DNA of 54,668 nucleotides from a virus (Duplodnaviria > Caudoviricetes). The notes under the pieces were generated by a model. The model made no database searches. It was not told the DNA's origin and worked only from the letters and a program-made list of their open reading frames with translations. This document shows, piece after piece, positions 9,444 to 20,203 of this stretch. Within the stretch, counting starts at the first letter, position 1, and every line of letters begins with the position of its first letter. The position numbers and the translations under genes were made by a program. The stretch is from IMG/VR virus record IMGVR_UViG_3300008450_000051, positions 1-54,668 of that record; one strand, given 5' to 3'.

Positions 9444-12400
9444 ATGGCTATCAAATATTTATACTCAGGTGAAATTTTCAGCCCAGAAGAAGTAGAAGCT
9501 GCTGCGTCGAAAAGAAACATGAGCACGCAAGATTACGCTAAGCAGTTTAATATTGAAGGATATGAGGATATTTATGAAAAAGATGGTAATGATGTAGCTT
9601 TAGAGCAGATTATTAGTGACGCTAATAAGTCTAATTTAAAGGTCAGTGATTTTATCGCAGCTAATAATTTTAAAAAAAAAGCCTTATCGATACCACAAGA
9701 CCAGTCTCTATTAACTGGTACACCAAATGTTGGAGAAAATTTAAAGGCTGGTTCCCAATCACAATTACAATCAGGATCGGTAGTTGAGCCGATAGACCCA
9801 AAGAAATTATCTAGGGATAGGGTAAAGCTTTTGTCTGATCTTCAAAAGGTAAAAGATAGCCCATCACCTGATAAGTCTACAATGGATGAGTTTGGCGCAC
9901 AAATTATATATACGCCAAGGACTGATGAGATCAACTCTATACAAAAACAAATAGACGAATTAGACAGCAAGCTTACTGGTGCTGGGTATAGAATCGAGGA
10001 TTACCAGACATTAGCGAGTATCCCAGACTGGGTTAGCGCTGAAGGTGGTTGGTCAAGCCCAAAGAATATAGCTAAATATTCATCAGAGAACCCTGCTTGG
10101 GGTAATAGATTTAAATCAAAGGTTAGCGCAATGGATGCATTCATATCAATGAATGACTACCAAGGTGCAAAGCAGCTACAGGATTTGCTAGTAGCTAAAT
10201 ATGGGCAGCAAAGTAGTGTTGCAAACTTAGATGGCTCTATTAAGATGTTAGAAAGTCTTATTGATAGTAGAATCCCAGATAAGAAGCAGGAAGTAAAAAG
10301 CTATATCAATCAATATCTAAAGCCAGAGTTTAACAGATTCCTCCCTGATTTGAATAAGCAGAACATGGAGGCTTATAAACTTGATGAGGATCAAGAAGCA
10401 GCACTGCAGGAAATGAAGTTGCTAGATCCAGCTAAGTATGAAGATACTGTAAAGATGTTGGCTGTTCCTTATAAGCCTGTTACTGGTGAACTAAATAAGC
10501 CACTCTTACAGTGGGACCTTGATAAGCAAAGAGGACTCGAAAAGGTTAGATATGATCTAAAGGTAGCCGGTAGGAATAACGCAATAAACTACTCTTACAG
10601 CAGGCTATATGACTGGAGAGTTAAATACGACAAAGCCACTACCGATGAAGAAAGGTCAAATGCTGCTATACAAATGGAGCAGTGGCAGAATAGAATAAAT
10701 ACAATATCGGAAGAAGCCAAGAACGATAGTAAGAATTACCCATTATACTACGAGGATCAGAACAAGAGGGCTGCTACAGAACTATTAGATGACCCAGACT
10801 TTAATCCCTTTACATATGCTTGGAAGGCAGCAACTAAAAAGCTAAAGAATACGGCTGAGGGGATTGGAGAAGTAGCAATGTCTCCTATAAATGCTGTAGC
10901 ATCTATGCTAATAGGGCCAGAGTATAAGGGAGCTAAAATGGCTACCAAGATTGGTGAGGCGCAAGCTGAAGCTACAGAGGAGTACTTACCAGCTAGTCTA
11001 CAGTACGTTGATCCCGGAACTATTATAAGCCCTAACAAAGAACTTAAAGCTTTTGCAGATAAGGTTAAAAGCTCAGATAAAAGTGATGATGAGAAAAGAA
11101 GTGAGATTGAGACTTATCTAAAAAATAATCCAAACTCGTTCGAGCATATAGAGAATCCAAATGCAGGAGAAAGAAAAGGTATATTCTCGATGGCATCACT
11201 ATATGCAAACGTAAAAACAGTTGCAGATATATCAGCACTAGCTGGCATAGGCGCAACTGCTAGGGCGTACAATGTATTAGGGCCAACCATGTCTGCTACA
11301 TTGCCATTCTATATGGATGTGCAACAAGAAGCATATAAGCAAAGGATTGCAGCTGGTGAGAATTCATCTACAGCATACCAGAACTCTGTAAAGGATGGTA
11401 TGGTTGTAGCTGCCGCTACATTGATATCTCCAATACATAAGATTGCATCTGCAGCTTTAGGTAAAGCAGAAAGCTCTGCAATAAAAAATACTATTGGCGG
11501 ATTGACAGAAGCTGAATGGAATGCTATCACATCTAAGTATAATAGATATGTTGTTGCTGGTTCGAACTCTTTAAAAGCGATGGCTAAAGAGGGAGCAAAG
11601 ATGGGGTTAGTATATGGGGCTGGTACTACTATTGGTCAGGAGTTATTAGAGATAACGCCAGATAAGAAAGATATAAAAGAAGTAGTTCAGAATGGAGTGT
11701 ATTCAGCATATGATATGTTGACTAACTCAGCAATGCTACTTGGTATTACTGGTATAAATAACTTCAAATCTGTAAGCCCACAAGCTAAATCTAGCATATA
11801 TGCTATGGCTAATGACCATCTTGGTGCCAAGGCTTACTTTGACTTCTTACAAAAGAATGGAACAATAAGTGAAGAGTCTGCTACACAAAAGAAGGCTGTA
11901 GTAGATAAGCTTGTTAGCGTGTTAAGTCAAGTTCCAACGAGAGATAAGAATGGTAAAATATTAACTGAAGAGCAAAGAGCTGGTTATTTATACAGAGCTT
12001 ACCAGAAAAATCAGGCTGCTGAATTATCTAAGTCTATGCCAGATGAAACTAGAGTAGAGATGGAGGCCAAGGCTAAAGAGATGGACGCAGATAATGCAAA
12101 GATTATAAATGGAACTTTAGAGACTGATATTGCAGAGGCGCCAAAGCCACAAGTACTAGAGGTAGACAAGCCAGCAATTACAAGCAATACTGCTCAAGAA
12201 GTTTCAAGAGTTAAATCATTAACTACAGAGGCAGAGGATGGAGCGACGTTTAATTTAGATGGTAAGAAGTATGAAGGCAAGGGGTTAATCATCCCAGTGC
12301 TTTCAGAGAATACTACCATAGAAGAACTAACTCCACAAAAGGTAGCTGACTTTGTAGAGGCTAATAAGGCTAAGCTCGGGGGATCAACTAAAGCTGGTAT

Positions 12401-15400
12401 ATATAAGTTCCCTAATTCAAACAAAGTATCTATCGATTTAAATATCGTAGTAGATCCTAAGTATAGAGATATCGGATTAGAGTTCGGTAGAAAGGCTGGT
12501 CAGGAATCATTATTTGATTTGGATACATTTGAGAATGTAAAGACTGGTGCTGACGGTAAGAACCCAATGAAGTTTAGTGATGAGCAGTTTAGCGAAATCA
12601 GTAAGGCATTATCTGAGGGTAAGATGCCTAATGTGTTTGGTGAGATGGCTGAAGGAGTTACCGCTGAGACTGCCAAGGCAATAGATACCACTGGGATGAA
12701 TGATGTACAGAAAGGTGTTGTTGCTGATGCACCTAATGTGCTATCCGCTATTACTCCGGTAATGGGTGAGGCTGGCAAGAAGCCGCAATTATTTACATAT
12801 AAAACAGATGCTGAATATGGTAAGGCCGTAGAAGGTGCTGGCGGTAGTAAAGAAGATTCTACCACAAAAGGCTTCTATATGGATTCCGATGGTAGCATCC
12901 ACATAAATTTAAATAGGGCTACTCCTGAAACAATGATGCACGAAGGATTCCATCCGGTGCTAAATTTGCTTGCAGAGAATAAGCCAGAGATTGTAAAAGA
13001 GTTGTTTCGCCAGTTAGATACTATCCCTGTTGCTAAAGCCATGATCGATAAGGCTAGGGCTAACTACATGGGGGATGTAACACAAATGAAAGAAGCTATT
13101 ACAGACTTCAATGCTCGTGTTGCTAAAGGTGAGATTAAGTTAGATGCTACTACATTTGAGCAGATAAAACAATTCTTTATTGACTTGATGAATAAGCTAG
13201 GCTTCTCAATCGAAGGGCAGAAGATAGCTAATATGAAAAATGCAGCTGAGTTAAAGAATGTTGCTGAGTTAATACAAAAAGCATTTACTACTGGTGAGGC
13301 TATTAAAGGAACAGAGATCAAGGATATACAGTCTGCTATTGAAAAGGCTAATCAGAAAAGAGTTGAAACTGGGGAGATGTCGGCTGGTGAGAAGGAAGGT
13401 GGTTTAATGTTTAGCCGTACTGATTATGGTACATCTGGTATTACTAAGAAGCCGGCATTAGATAAGGATGAATACAAAGCGGAGGTTGCTTCAGGTCGCA
13501 TATCTGTAGTAGACCCATATAAGTCATTGGAAAACAAGAAGTTCGCAATGACATTCCCTGATGATTTCTTTACTGGTACTATAGAAGTTAACGGTGAGCC
13601 TATCGGGTATGGTAATGGCGGTGTATTCTATACTGCTAAGCATGGTAAGCGTGGTGATGCATGGGCATCCGTAAGTGAGGGATCTGCTTCTAACTTCGTA
13701 ACACAGGCTAATAAATCACTTGAAGCAAATAATGGAGAAGGGATTGTAACGATCGTGAAAGGTGATGATATGAAGCATAAGACATCACTTGAGTCTAAGG
13801 TGTCTTTTGTAAATACAATTCTAAAGTATGCTGAGAAGACTGGCGATACTACTGGAGTAGTAAAGGCTATTAAGAGTGCGTACAATTTAGGTAATGTAAA
13901 AGACCCTGCTAAGATTATTGAGTACTTTAACAACTACCTTGCATCTGGGCGGGCTGAATCTGGTCAGAGAATGGTTGATGCTGGTGTATCATTTGATACA
14001 TTTATGGCTTCAATGATTAAGGAAGCAAGACCAGTTGTCACTAAGATGATGCAGGATATGGGTTACAAGGGCGAGAATTTCTTTGATGGTACACAACTGA
14101 AGAAAGGTATAGAGCTTGCTACTACTAAGGGTTTAAAGAATGTATACTCTGATCTATTAAGAGAAGATTTCTTGAAGGATGTAAAACCCGGTTCTGCGTA
14201 TGCGGCTATTAAATTCACGAGCCCGCTGAAATTTGAAAAGGACCCAACCCATCCTTCGTACCCATATGTTATAAGAACTGTGGATGGATCGCCAGTTAAA
14301 CTAGAAGTATTTGATAAGACATTTAATACTTATGGTAAAGATGTAGCGATTACTGGTCGTAAAGGAGATGAGACAAAAGCGTTTGGTGTAGCTACAACTG
14401 TAAGTCCTGAGTTTAGTATTAAGCCAGAGTCTAAGGGTAGTGCATCTGAAGTGTCGCTTAGCGAATCTCTTACAGGATATGAGGCATTTAAAAAGCCAGA
14501 GTTTTCTAGAACCGGCCCACAAGCTATGGCTAATAAAATAATAGTTGGAGACGAGGATATATCATTTGTATTAGACTATGTATCTACCCCTGCTAACTTA
14601 CTTCGGACATTGCAGGGTGCAAATACATCTAACAAATTTTTTGACTTTAATAGAGATGTTAGAAAGCCAATTGCAGACCAAATACAAAACGATTTAGAGT
14701 TCTGGAAAAAAGAACTTTCTAGTATTAGCCCAATAAATAAAGAAGGAGATCTAAGCCCTATAAAAGTAAACAGAATTAATAAGGCGCAAGATAGAGTTGA
14801 TGCACTGCAGAATGCTCTTGATTCATGGAATAATAATGCCTTCTCTATTACAGATATATCATTAAATAATTATAAATTACAAACCTCACAGCCAGAATTC
14901 TCTAGAGAAGATAAGACTGCTAAAGATATTATATCTGAGAATATACAGATAGGAAAGCCTGAAAGAAAAGGTGCAGTAGCTAGATTTATTGAAACAGTTG
15001 GCGATAAGAACTTTGATGTTAACTGGATGGATAGAGTAAAGCGTGAAATGCTTGACTCATTATCAATATTTAATAAAGCTGCTGATCGCGCGAAAGGTAT
15101 AAGAGGACTTGATGAAGTGCTGCCTGCTAATGATCCAATGACATTGGTTAGATTGCTTAATGGTTTTGATGCATCATTTAACTCTGCAATGAATGAGGGA
15201 ATGTTTAATGCTAAGCTTGAGCGTATAAAATCTCAGGATGGTAGCAACATGAATATTGACTGGTTAATGGACCCAATAAGCAAAATGAGCAAAGGCTCAA
15301 AAGAGGGGTATAATCAGGCAGTTAAAGATGTAACTTCTTACATGGTTGCAAAAAGAACTGTTGAGCTTAGTAAGAGATTTGACAGGGAAGAGATGATTAG

Positions 15401-17447
15401 TGGTATAGGCAAAGACAATGTTACTGATCTTGAAATAGCAAAGAAAGCTTTAGAAGATTTTAATAATGATCCTAATAAAGCTGAGATAGAAGATGCTGCT
15501 AAAAGATACCAAGAGATGGCTGATGCTGGTCTCCGTTACATGGTTGATAAGGGTAGACTTGCAGAAGAGATTAGAGATAAAGATGGCAATCTAATTGGTG
15601 GCTATAAGTTCATTAAAGAAAACAACCTTGAGTATGTGGCTATGCAGAGATTGAATGAGACAGAGGTTGGGGAGCCTATTGAATTTAATATTAAAAAAGG
15701 TGGTCAGGTTGGTAGTGTATCAGAGCCAATTAAAAAGATTAAAGGATCTGAGAAAAAAATACAAGACCCATACGTATCTTTATTAGACAACACAAATAGA
15801 ATGATGAAAGAGGCTAATAGGAATGAAGTGCTTCTTTCATTTAGGAATCTAATTGAGAATGAGCAAGATCCACAATTAAGAAAAGATCTTGAAAGCATAG
15901 GTAAAAAAGTTGGTAGTAAAGACAAAGAAACTATTACGGTATTTGTAGACGGTAAACCAGAGTACTGGAAATTCCAGCAAGATATTTATACTGCCTTAAA
16001 GGGATTAGACAGTGAGGCGTATAAGCTACCTACATTTTTAACAGTGTTGCCTCAAGTTCTTAGATGGACTGTTACTAGATTCCCTACGTTTGCAGCTAGA
16101 AATATTGTCCGTGACTTTCAGTCAAGACTCATACTATCTAATGCTAATCCTTGGGAGTCTGTTAAAAGAAGTATTACTACTGCTGATAAGTGGGATGAGG
16201 CTGCTCGTACTGGCGCCCTTAATGCTGGTATGTATACACAAGGGAAAGAGATGTACTACGAGCTTATGAGGGATGCATCTAATAAGATTGTTAAGGAAGG
16301 TAGCTTTGTTGTAACGCCAGATAAATTAAAGTCTCTATGGAACACATATGAGAAAGCTTTATATAAATCAGAGACTACAGGGCGTGTGTCAGAATATGAG
16401 GCTTCGTTCAATGAGGCTAAGAAGAAGGGCATGGATGATTACAATGCCATGCTTTATGCAGGTTCAAGGGCACGCGGATTAATTGATTTTGCTGTGGCTG
16501 GTAATACAATGAAAGTAATCAACCAGTTAATCCCATTCAGTAATGCTGCTGTACAGGGTCTTCGTTCTGCAGCGATGAGAGCGAAAGAAAATCCATCTGG
16601 ATTTGCCATGCGTATTGCACTGTTCTCACTTATACCAGAGATTGCCGTATATAGTTTGTCTAGAGGAGATAAGGATAAAGAGAAAATGTATGAGTCACTA
16701 CCTGATTGGCAAAGAGATATGTTCTATAATATATACATGGGCAACAATAAGTGGCTAGCAGTACCAAAACCATTTGAGCTTAGTTTATTTGGTAGTGCAT
16801 TGAATAGGGGGATGAGTTACGCTGAAGGTAATAAGAAAGCATTTGATGGATTTGCTGGTACGACTTACAAATCACTCATGCCTATAGAGGGCACGGATAT
16901 CGCAGGACCTTGGCAGAAAATGTATGAGGTGAGCGCCAACTATGACTTCTTTAGAAGAAAAGAGATCATTCCTAGATCGCAGTCAGCTTTGGATATGTCA
17001 CTTCGTGATACAGAAAGTGCTTCTAGGATTGGTAAAGTTATTGGTGATCTAATGAAGGCAGACCCAAGAATGGTTGACCATTACATTAAAGGGCAGTTCT
17101 CTTACTTTGGTAAGGCTGCCTTGGAATTATCAAATATGGGTAGACCTAAAGGTGAGGCAAGCGATGAGTTTAAATTATCTGAGAAGTCTGGATTTGTAAA
17201 AGATAACTCAGCATACGTATCTAAGCCTGTACAAGAGCTTAGAGATTTCACAGATAAGTGGGGGTTAAATAGCCATAGATGGATGAAGTACTTTAGAATG
17301 TATCAGAATAATTACTTCAACGAAAAAGATCCAAAGGTTAAAGAGCAATTGGGTAATGAAATGATGGACTTTGCTGAACAACTTTTGAACCTGTATAAAG
17401 AGGTTGGTATAGAAGAACTACAGAAGCAAAAAAAAGGTAAAGACTAA
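9444..17447 (+). CDS. large polyvalent virion protein (zincin-like HExxH domain; LPD38-like C-terminus)
   Basis: 2667 aa; 'GFY..DGSIHINL...ETMMHEGFH' metallopeptidase-like motif; recurring xFSR linkers; C-terminal 'YESLPDWQRDMFY...AVPKPFELSLFG' resembles LPD38. Confidence 0.75.
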   Translation: MAIKYLYSGEIFSPEEVEAAASKRNMSTQDYAKQFNIEGYEDIYEKDGNDVALEQIISDANKSNLKVSDFIAANNFKKKALSIPQDQSLLTGTPNVGENLKAGSQSQLQSGSVVEPIDPKKLSRDRVKLLSDLQKVKDSPSPDKSTMDEFGAQIIYTPRTDEINSIQKQIDELDSKLTGAGYRIEDYQTLASIPDWVSAEGGWSSPKNIAKYSSENPAWGNRFKSKVSAMDAFISMNDYQGAKQLQDLLVAKYGQQSSVANLDGSIKMLESLIDSRIPDKKQEVKSYINQYLKPEFNRFLPDLNKQNMEAYKLDEDQEAALQEMKLLDPAKYEDTVKMLAVPYKPVTGELNKPLLQWDLDKQRGLEKVRYDLKVAGRNNAINYSYSRLYDWRVKYDKATTDEERSNAAIQMEQWQNRINTISEEAKNDSKNYPLYYEDQNKRAATELLDDPDFNPFTYAWKAATKKLKNTAEGIGEVAMSPINAVASMLIGPEYKGAKMATKIGEAQAEATEEYLPASLQYVDPGTIISPNKELKAFADKVKSSDKSDDEKRSEIETYLKNNPNSFEHIENPNAGERKGIFSMASLYANVKTVADISALAGIGATARAYNVLGPTMSATLPFYMDVQQEAYKQRIAAGENSSTAYQNSVKDGMVVAAATLISPIHKIASAALGKAESSAIKNTIGGLTEAEWNAITSKYNRYVVAGSNSLKAMAKEGAKMGLVYGAGTTIGQELLEITPDKKDIKEVVQNGVYSAYDMLTNSAMLLGITGINNFKSVSPQAKSSIYAMANDHLGAKAYFDFLQKNGTISEESATQKKAVVDKLVSVLSQVPTRDKNGKILTEEQRAGYLYRAYQKNQAAELSKSMPDETRVEMEAKAKEMDADNAKIINGTLETDIAEAPKPQVLEVDKPAITSNTAQEVSRVKSLTTEAEDGATFNLDGKKYEGKGLIIPVLSENTTIEELTPQKVADFVEANKAKLGGSTKAGIYKFPNSNKVSIDLNIVVDPKYRDIGLEFGRKAGQESLFDLDTFENVKTGADGKNPMKFSDEQFSEISKALSEGKMPNVFGEMAEGVTAETAKAIDTTGMNDVQKGVVADAPNVLSAITPVMGEAGKKPQLFTYKTDAEYGKAVEGAGGSKEDSTTKGFYMDSDGSIHINLNRATPETMMHEGFHPVLNLLAENKPEIVKELFRQLDTIPVAKAMIDKARANYMGDVTQMKEAITDFNARVAKGEIKLDATTFEQIKQFFIDLMNKLGFSIEGQKIANMKNAAELKNVAELIQKAFTTGEAIKGTEIKDIQSAIEKANQKRVETGEMSAGEKEGGLMFSRTDYGTSGITKKPALDKDEYKAEVASGRISVVDPYKSLENKKFAMTFPDDFFTGTIEVNGEPIGYGNGGVFYTAKHGKRGDAWASVSEGSASNFVTQANKSLEANNGEGIVTIVKGDDMKHKTSLESKVSFVNTILKYAEKTGDTTGVVKAIKSAYNLGNVKDPAKIIEYFNNYLASGRAESGQRMVDAGVSFDTFMASMIKEARPVVTKMMQDMGYKGENFFDGTQLKKGIELATTKGLKNVYSDLLREDFLKDVKPGSAYAAIKFTSPLKFEKDPTHPSYPYVIRTVDGSPVKLEVFDKTFNTYGKDVAITGRKGDETKAFGVATTVSPEFSIKPESKGSASEVSLSESLTGYEAFKKPEFSRTGPQAMANKIIVGDEDISFVLDYVSTPANLLRTLQGANTSNKFFDFNRDVRKPIADQIQNDLEFWKKELSSISPINKEGDLSPIKVNRINKAQDRVDALQNALDSWNNNAFSITDISLNNYKLQTSQPEFSREDKTAKDIISENIQIGKPERKGAVARFIETVGDKNFDVNWMDRVKREMLDSLSIFNKAADRAKGIRGLDEVLPANDPMTLVRLLNGFDASFNSAMNEGMFNAKLERIKSQDGSNMNIDWLMDPISKMSKGSKEGYNQAVKDVTSYMVAKRTVELSKRFDREEMISGIGKDNVTDLEIAKKALEDFNNDPNKAEIEDAAKRYQEMADAGLRYMVDKGRLAEEIRDKDGNLIGGYKFIKENNLEYVAMQRLNETEVGEPIEFNIKKGGQVGSVSEPIKKIKGSEKKIQDPYVSLLDNTNRMMKEANRNEVLLSFRNLIENEQDPQLRKDLESIGKKVGSKDKETITVFVDGKPEYWKFQQDIYTALKGLDSEAYKLPTFLTVLPQVLRWTVTRFPTFAARNIVRDFQSRLILSNANPWESVKRSITTADKWDEAARTGALNAGMYTQGKEMYYELMRDASNKIVKEGSFVVTPDKLKSLWNTYEKALYKSETTGRVSEYEASFNEAKKKGMDDYNAMLYAGSRARGLIDFAVAGNTMKVINQLIPFSNAAVQGLRSAAMRAKENPSGFAMRIALFSLIPEIAVYSLSRGDKDKEKMYESLPDWQRDMFYNIYMGNNKWLAVPKPFELSLFGSALNRGMSYAEGNKKAFDGFAGTTYKSLMPIEGTDIAGPWQKMYEVSANYDFFRRKEIIPRSQSALDMSLRDTESASRIGKVIGDLMKADPRMVDHYIKGQFSYFGKAALELSNMGRPKGEASDEFKLSEKSGFVKDNSAYVSKPVQELRDFTDKWGLNSHRWMKYFRMYQNNYFNEKDPKVKEQLGNEMMDFAEQLLNLYKEVGIEELQKQKKGKD

Positions 17448-17911
17448 TGCAGATATCTAAACACTTATCACTGGCTGAGGTTAGCCGTAGTGAGACAGCA
17501 AAAAGAAAAGGGATTAATAACACCCCGAGCGGTGAGCATTTAGAAAACTTTAAGAAGCTGGCGGAGAATGTATTCGAGCCCATCCGTGAGCACTTCGGTG
17601 TACCTATCCATATTAGCTCTGGGTATAGAAGTAAGGAATTGAATGCAGCAATAGGTGGTTCAGCAACATCTCAGCACTGCAGTGGTGAGGCTATCGATAT
17701 TGATATGGATGGATCTGCTAGCGGGATTACTAATGCTCAGGTGTTTAATTTTATAAAAGATAATCTTAACTTTGATCAGCTTATCTGGGAGTTCGGGAGT
17801 AGCACTAACCCAGACTGGGTACATGTTAGTTACGAGACTACTGGTAAGCAGAGAAAACAAATATTAAAGGCTGTAAAGTCTGGATCAAAAACTACTTATG
17901 TCACTATTTGA
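17447..17911 (+). CDS. peptidase M15 family endolysin
   Basis: 'ISSGYRS..LN.AIGGS.TSQHCSGEAID' and 'WVHVSY' zinc-binding motifs of peptidase M15. Confidence 0.9.
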   Translation: MQISKHLSLAEVSRSETAKRKGINNTPSGEHLENFKKLAENVFEPIREHFGVPIHISSGYRSKELNAAIGGSATSQHCSGEAIDIDMDGSASGITNAQVFNFIKDNLNFDQLIWEFGSSTNPDWVHVSYETTGKQRKQILKAVKSGSKTTYVTI

Positions 17912-18749
17912 TGCCGTTAAACCCAACCCAGAGAAGGGGATGGTTAGAAAATATGCCACGAGCCCGCTGCCTAAGGGTAAGGGGAAGACGCTGACTGATC
18001 TATCAAAAGAGATTGGTAAGGAGCTTGGCATCAACCCTAACATGCTGGCTTCCAGTTCATTAGTAGAGGGCGCTAATATCCTATTCAACCCAAAGGCTGG
18101 TGGTGAATCCTCTGCCTATGAGATTGCTGCAGAGGGGGGCATGGTGGATCGTAGTAAATACCCAGTGGATGCATTCCTTCTTGCTGGTCTAGATAACTTT
18201 GGACCTATGGCTAACAAGCTAAAGAGCAAGGGGTATCTTCCAAAGGATGTAGACTTCCAAGTTTATCCTGCATGGAATGAGCAGACTGAGAAGAGCATCG
18301 CAAAGTTTGACAGATCGGGGAACATAACAGAATATATAATGCCTAAGGATCTAGTAGATAAGGCATACTTCGGCACTGGTAAGGAAAGACAAGCTGCCGT
18401 GCAGGGTATTAATAGCAGGCTAAAATCAAAAGGAATAGAGCCAGTCCAGACTGTAGCATTTGCTAACAGTGAGGATATGATCAAGGCAAAGGGCGCCTAT
18501 CTCAGAGAGCTGCAAGATGAAACACTAGCCTATGCAAAGAAGAAGGGACTGTCCCCGAAGGGTGAGGAGCTAGACTATCTTGTGATGTCTGCCTATAATG
18601 GTGGTGCCGGTGCAATGCAAGAGCTAGTGGATCAGATCAAGGCTGGCGAAAAAGAGATTACAAAGAAGGGTGGTAAGAGACAGCAAGTACACCAGAATGT
18701 AGCCAAGCGCTTAGGCTATATGGGTTACATGTCTGATCTATTCCAGTAA
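17898..18749 (+). CDS. lytic transglycosylase/lysozyme-like protein
   Basis: 'ELGINPNMLASSSLVEG' (candidate catalytic Glu) and 'SAYNGG' SLT-like motifs. Confidence 0.55.
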   Translation: MSLFDAVKPNPEKGMVRKYATSPLPKGKGKTLTDLSKEIGKELGINPNMLASSSLVEGANILFNPKAGGESSAYEIAAEGGMVDRSKYPVDAFLLAGLDNFGPMANKLKSKGYLPKDVDFQVYPAWNEQTEKSIAKFDRSGNITEYIMPKDLVDKAYFGTGKERQAAVQGINSRLKSKGIEPVQTVAFANSEDMIKAKGAYLRELQDETLAYAKKKGLSPKGEELDYLVMSAYNGGAGAMQELVDQIKAGEKEITKKGGKRQQVHQNVAKRLGYMGYMSDLFQ

Positions 18750-19244
18750 TTATTCTGCAAACCATACGGTAGATACACCCCTGTATATACTAACGCCCAT
18801 GCGTTTAAATGGCTTAGGCCATCCGTTCTCTAATATTACATTCTTATGTGGCTTTGAGTTCACCCATAGGTCTAGCAATTCGTCTGGCGTCATCGGGAGT
18901 TTCTTATCCCAGTTCATCGCTGCTATCTCATAGGCATACACGTCCATCCCCAGTAGTTCTTTGGGTTTGTTGTACATGATTCCCCACTTATCGTTCTTCC
19001 CCTCTGGTATGCATCCTCCCGTCCATCTTGGATTGTACGACCAAGTGTGTAGACTACAGGGGTCCTTGATATTGAAGTGAAGGAATAGGTCTATGCTGTG
19101 CGTCTCTGCCACATATGATAGGGAGTCTGAGTACTCTAGTGCGGTCTTCCCGTTTCTAGTTCTGTATTCATTGATCTTGTTAAATAGCTGTACCTCCTCC
19201 AGCTCTCTGGTGTGGAGGAGTAGTAGTATTAATGGTAGGATCAT
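18750..19244 (-). CDS. CAP/SCP-domain secreted protein
   Basis: Hydrophobic N-terminus; 'INEYRTRNGKTALEY...AETHS', 'WVNSKPHKNVIL', 'MGVSI' CAP motifs. Confidence 0.8.
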   Translation of the reverse strand: MILPLILLLLHTRELEEVQLFNKINEYRTRNGKTALEYSDSLSYVAETHSIDLFLHFNIKDPCSLHTWSYNPRWTGGCIPEGKNDKWGIMYNKPKELLGMDVYAYEIAAMNWDKKLPMTPDELLDLWVNSKPHKNVILENGWPKPFKRMGVSIYRGVSTVWFAE

Positions 19245-19369
19245 TGTTGGTTGATTAGTTCTTCTAACTGTTTTAATGTCTGTCCTAAGACGATACCGAT
19301 CTTTAGGTTGTCGCCTTCTTCTATAGCCTTGGCTAGTGCTATGTAGATTTGTTTAAGACTTTCTTTCAT
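19241..19369 (-). CDS. small hypothetical protein (42 aa, below ORF-track cutoff)
   Basis: MKESLKQIYIALAKAIEEGDNLKIGIVLGQTLKQLEELINQQ*; fills the gap and overlaps the next start. Confidence 0.5.
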   Translation of the reverse strand: MKESLKQIYIALAKAIEEGDNLKIGIVLGQTLKQLEELINQQ

Positions 19370-20012
19370 GTCTTTCTTCAATTTCGTTTATGTCATAATA
19401 ATAGCAGTCCCCATTTGCGCTCACCCATCTATCACTCTCAGACTCAACACATTCCAGTGTGGTGTCTACCTTGAACTCCTTAGGATCAACTGGGAACTGG
19501 TTGGTGATAAAGTTTGAATCCTTCCAGAATATTCTATTGTTTGGCTGGCACATTAGATAACCATCATCCGCCAGTAAGATATGCCCACACTTATAGTCGG
19601 TCGGCTCATCTGAGTATGAATTACTAAACCAGTCTACAGTAAATAGATAGGTCGCCCACACAGAAGTCTTATCCTTTAGTATAACCTTGCATCTCTTCTC
19701 GGCTAGATATAGATACTCAATGACACTAACATTCTCACTGAAGCAATCCCATAGCTGCTTGAAGTCGCTCTTTATATCCGTCACTGGTTCATGATAAAAC
19801 AATTCAGATATTGGGACACGGCTTCTGAGCATACCGTAGTCTGTCATAATATGGAATGTTAGAATCTTTCCCGCCACACTCTGTATTGCAAAGGCGTAAC
19901 AGCTGTCAAACGTGTTACTATCTGTATCCTTCTTTGTTAGCCAGCTTCTTCTAACCTTTAGCTTTAGGTTGGGGATGTTTGCGTTTAGTACATTCTGCTC
20001 TGAGGTTATCAT
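19353..20012 (-). CDS. hypothetical phage protein
   Basis: 219-aa ORF, coupled; motifs 'QLWDCFS', 'YLFTVDW', 'QPNNRI'; no function recognised. Confidence 0.7.
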   Translation of the reverse strand: MITSEQNVLNANIPNLKLKVRRSWLTKKDTDSNTFDSCYAFAIQSVAGKILTFHIMTDYGMLRSRVPISELFYHEPVTDIKSDFKQLWDCFSENVSVIEYLYLAEKRCKVILKDKTSVWATYLFTVDWFSNSYSDEPTDYKCGHILLADDGYLMCQPNNRIFWKDSNFITNQFPVDPKEFKVDTTLECVESESDRWVSANGDCYYYDINEIEERHERKS

Positions 20013-20203
20013 CTGTTTTTTGTTGGAGTCCTAATAGCGGTTACTGATCCTGTCTTTTCTATCTTAATGTTGTTGAATCCTAATTCCCCCGAGCATGCCG
20101 GACATTTGAACTTCTGCTTATGCACATCACTATCCCAGACATACTCTTTTAGAGTGGCGCCACACTTACACTTATATGTTCTCGGTACTAACTTGTTTGC
20201 CAT
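20009..20203 (-). CDS. small zinc-ribbon protein
   Basis: CKC...CPAC cysteine pairs. Confidence 0.6.
   Translation of the reverse strand: MANKLVPRTYKCKCGATLKEYVWDSDVHKQKFKCPACSGELGFNNIKIEKTGSVTAIRTPTKNR

Noticed and set aside
10757-15925. Many minus-strand ORFs inside the giant gene (and similar shadows in other long genes)
   Set aside because: Antisense shadows of a long, codon-biased + strand CDS
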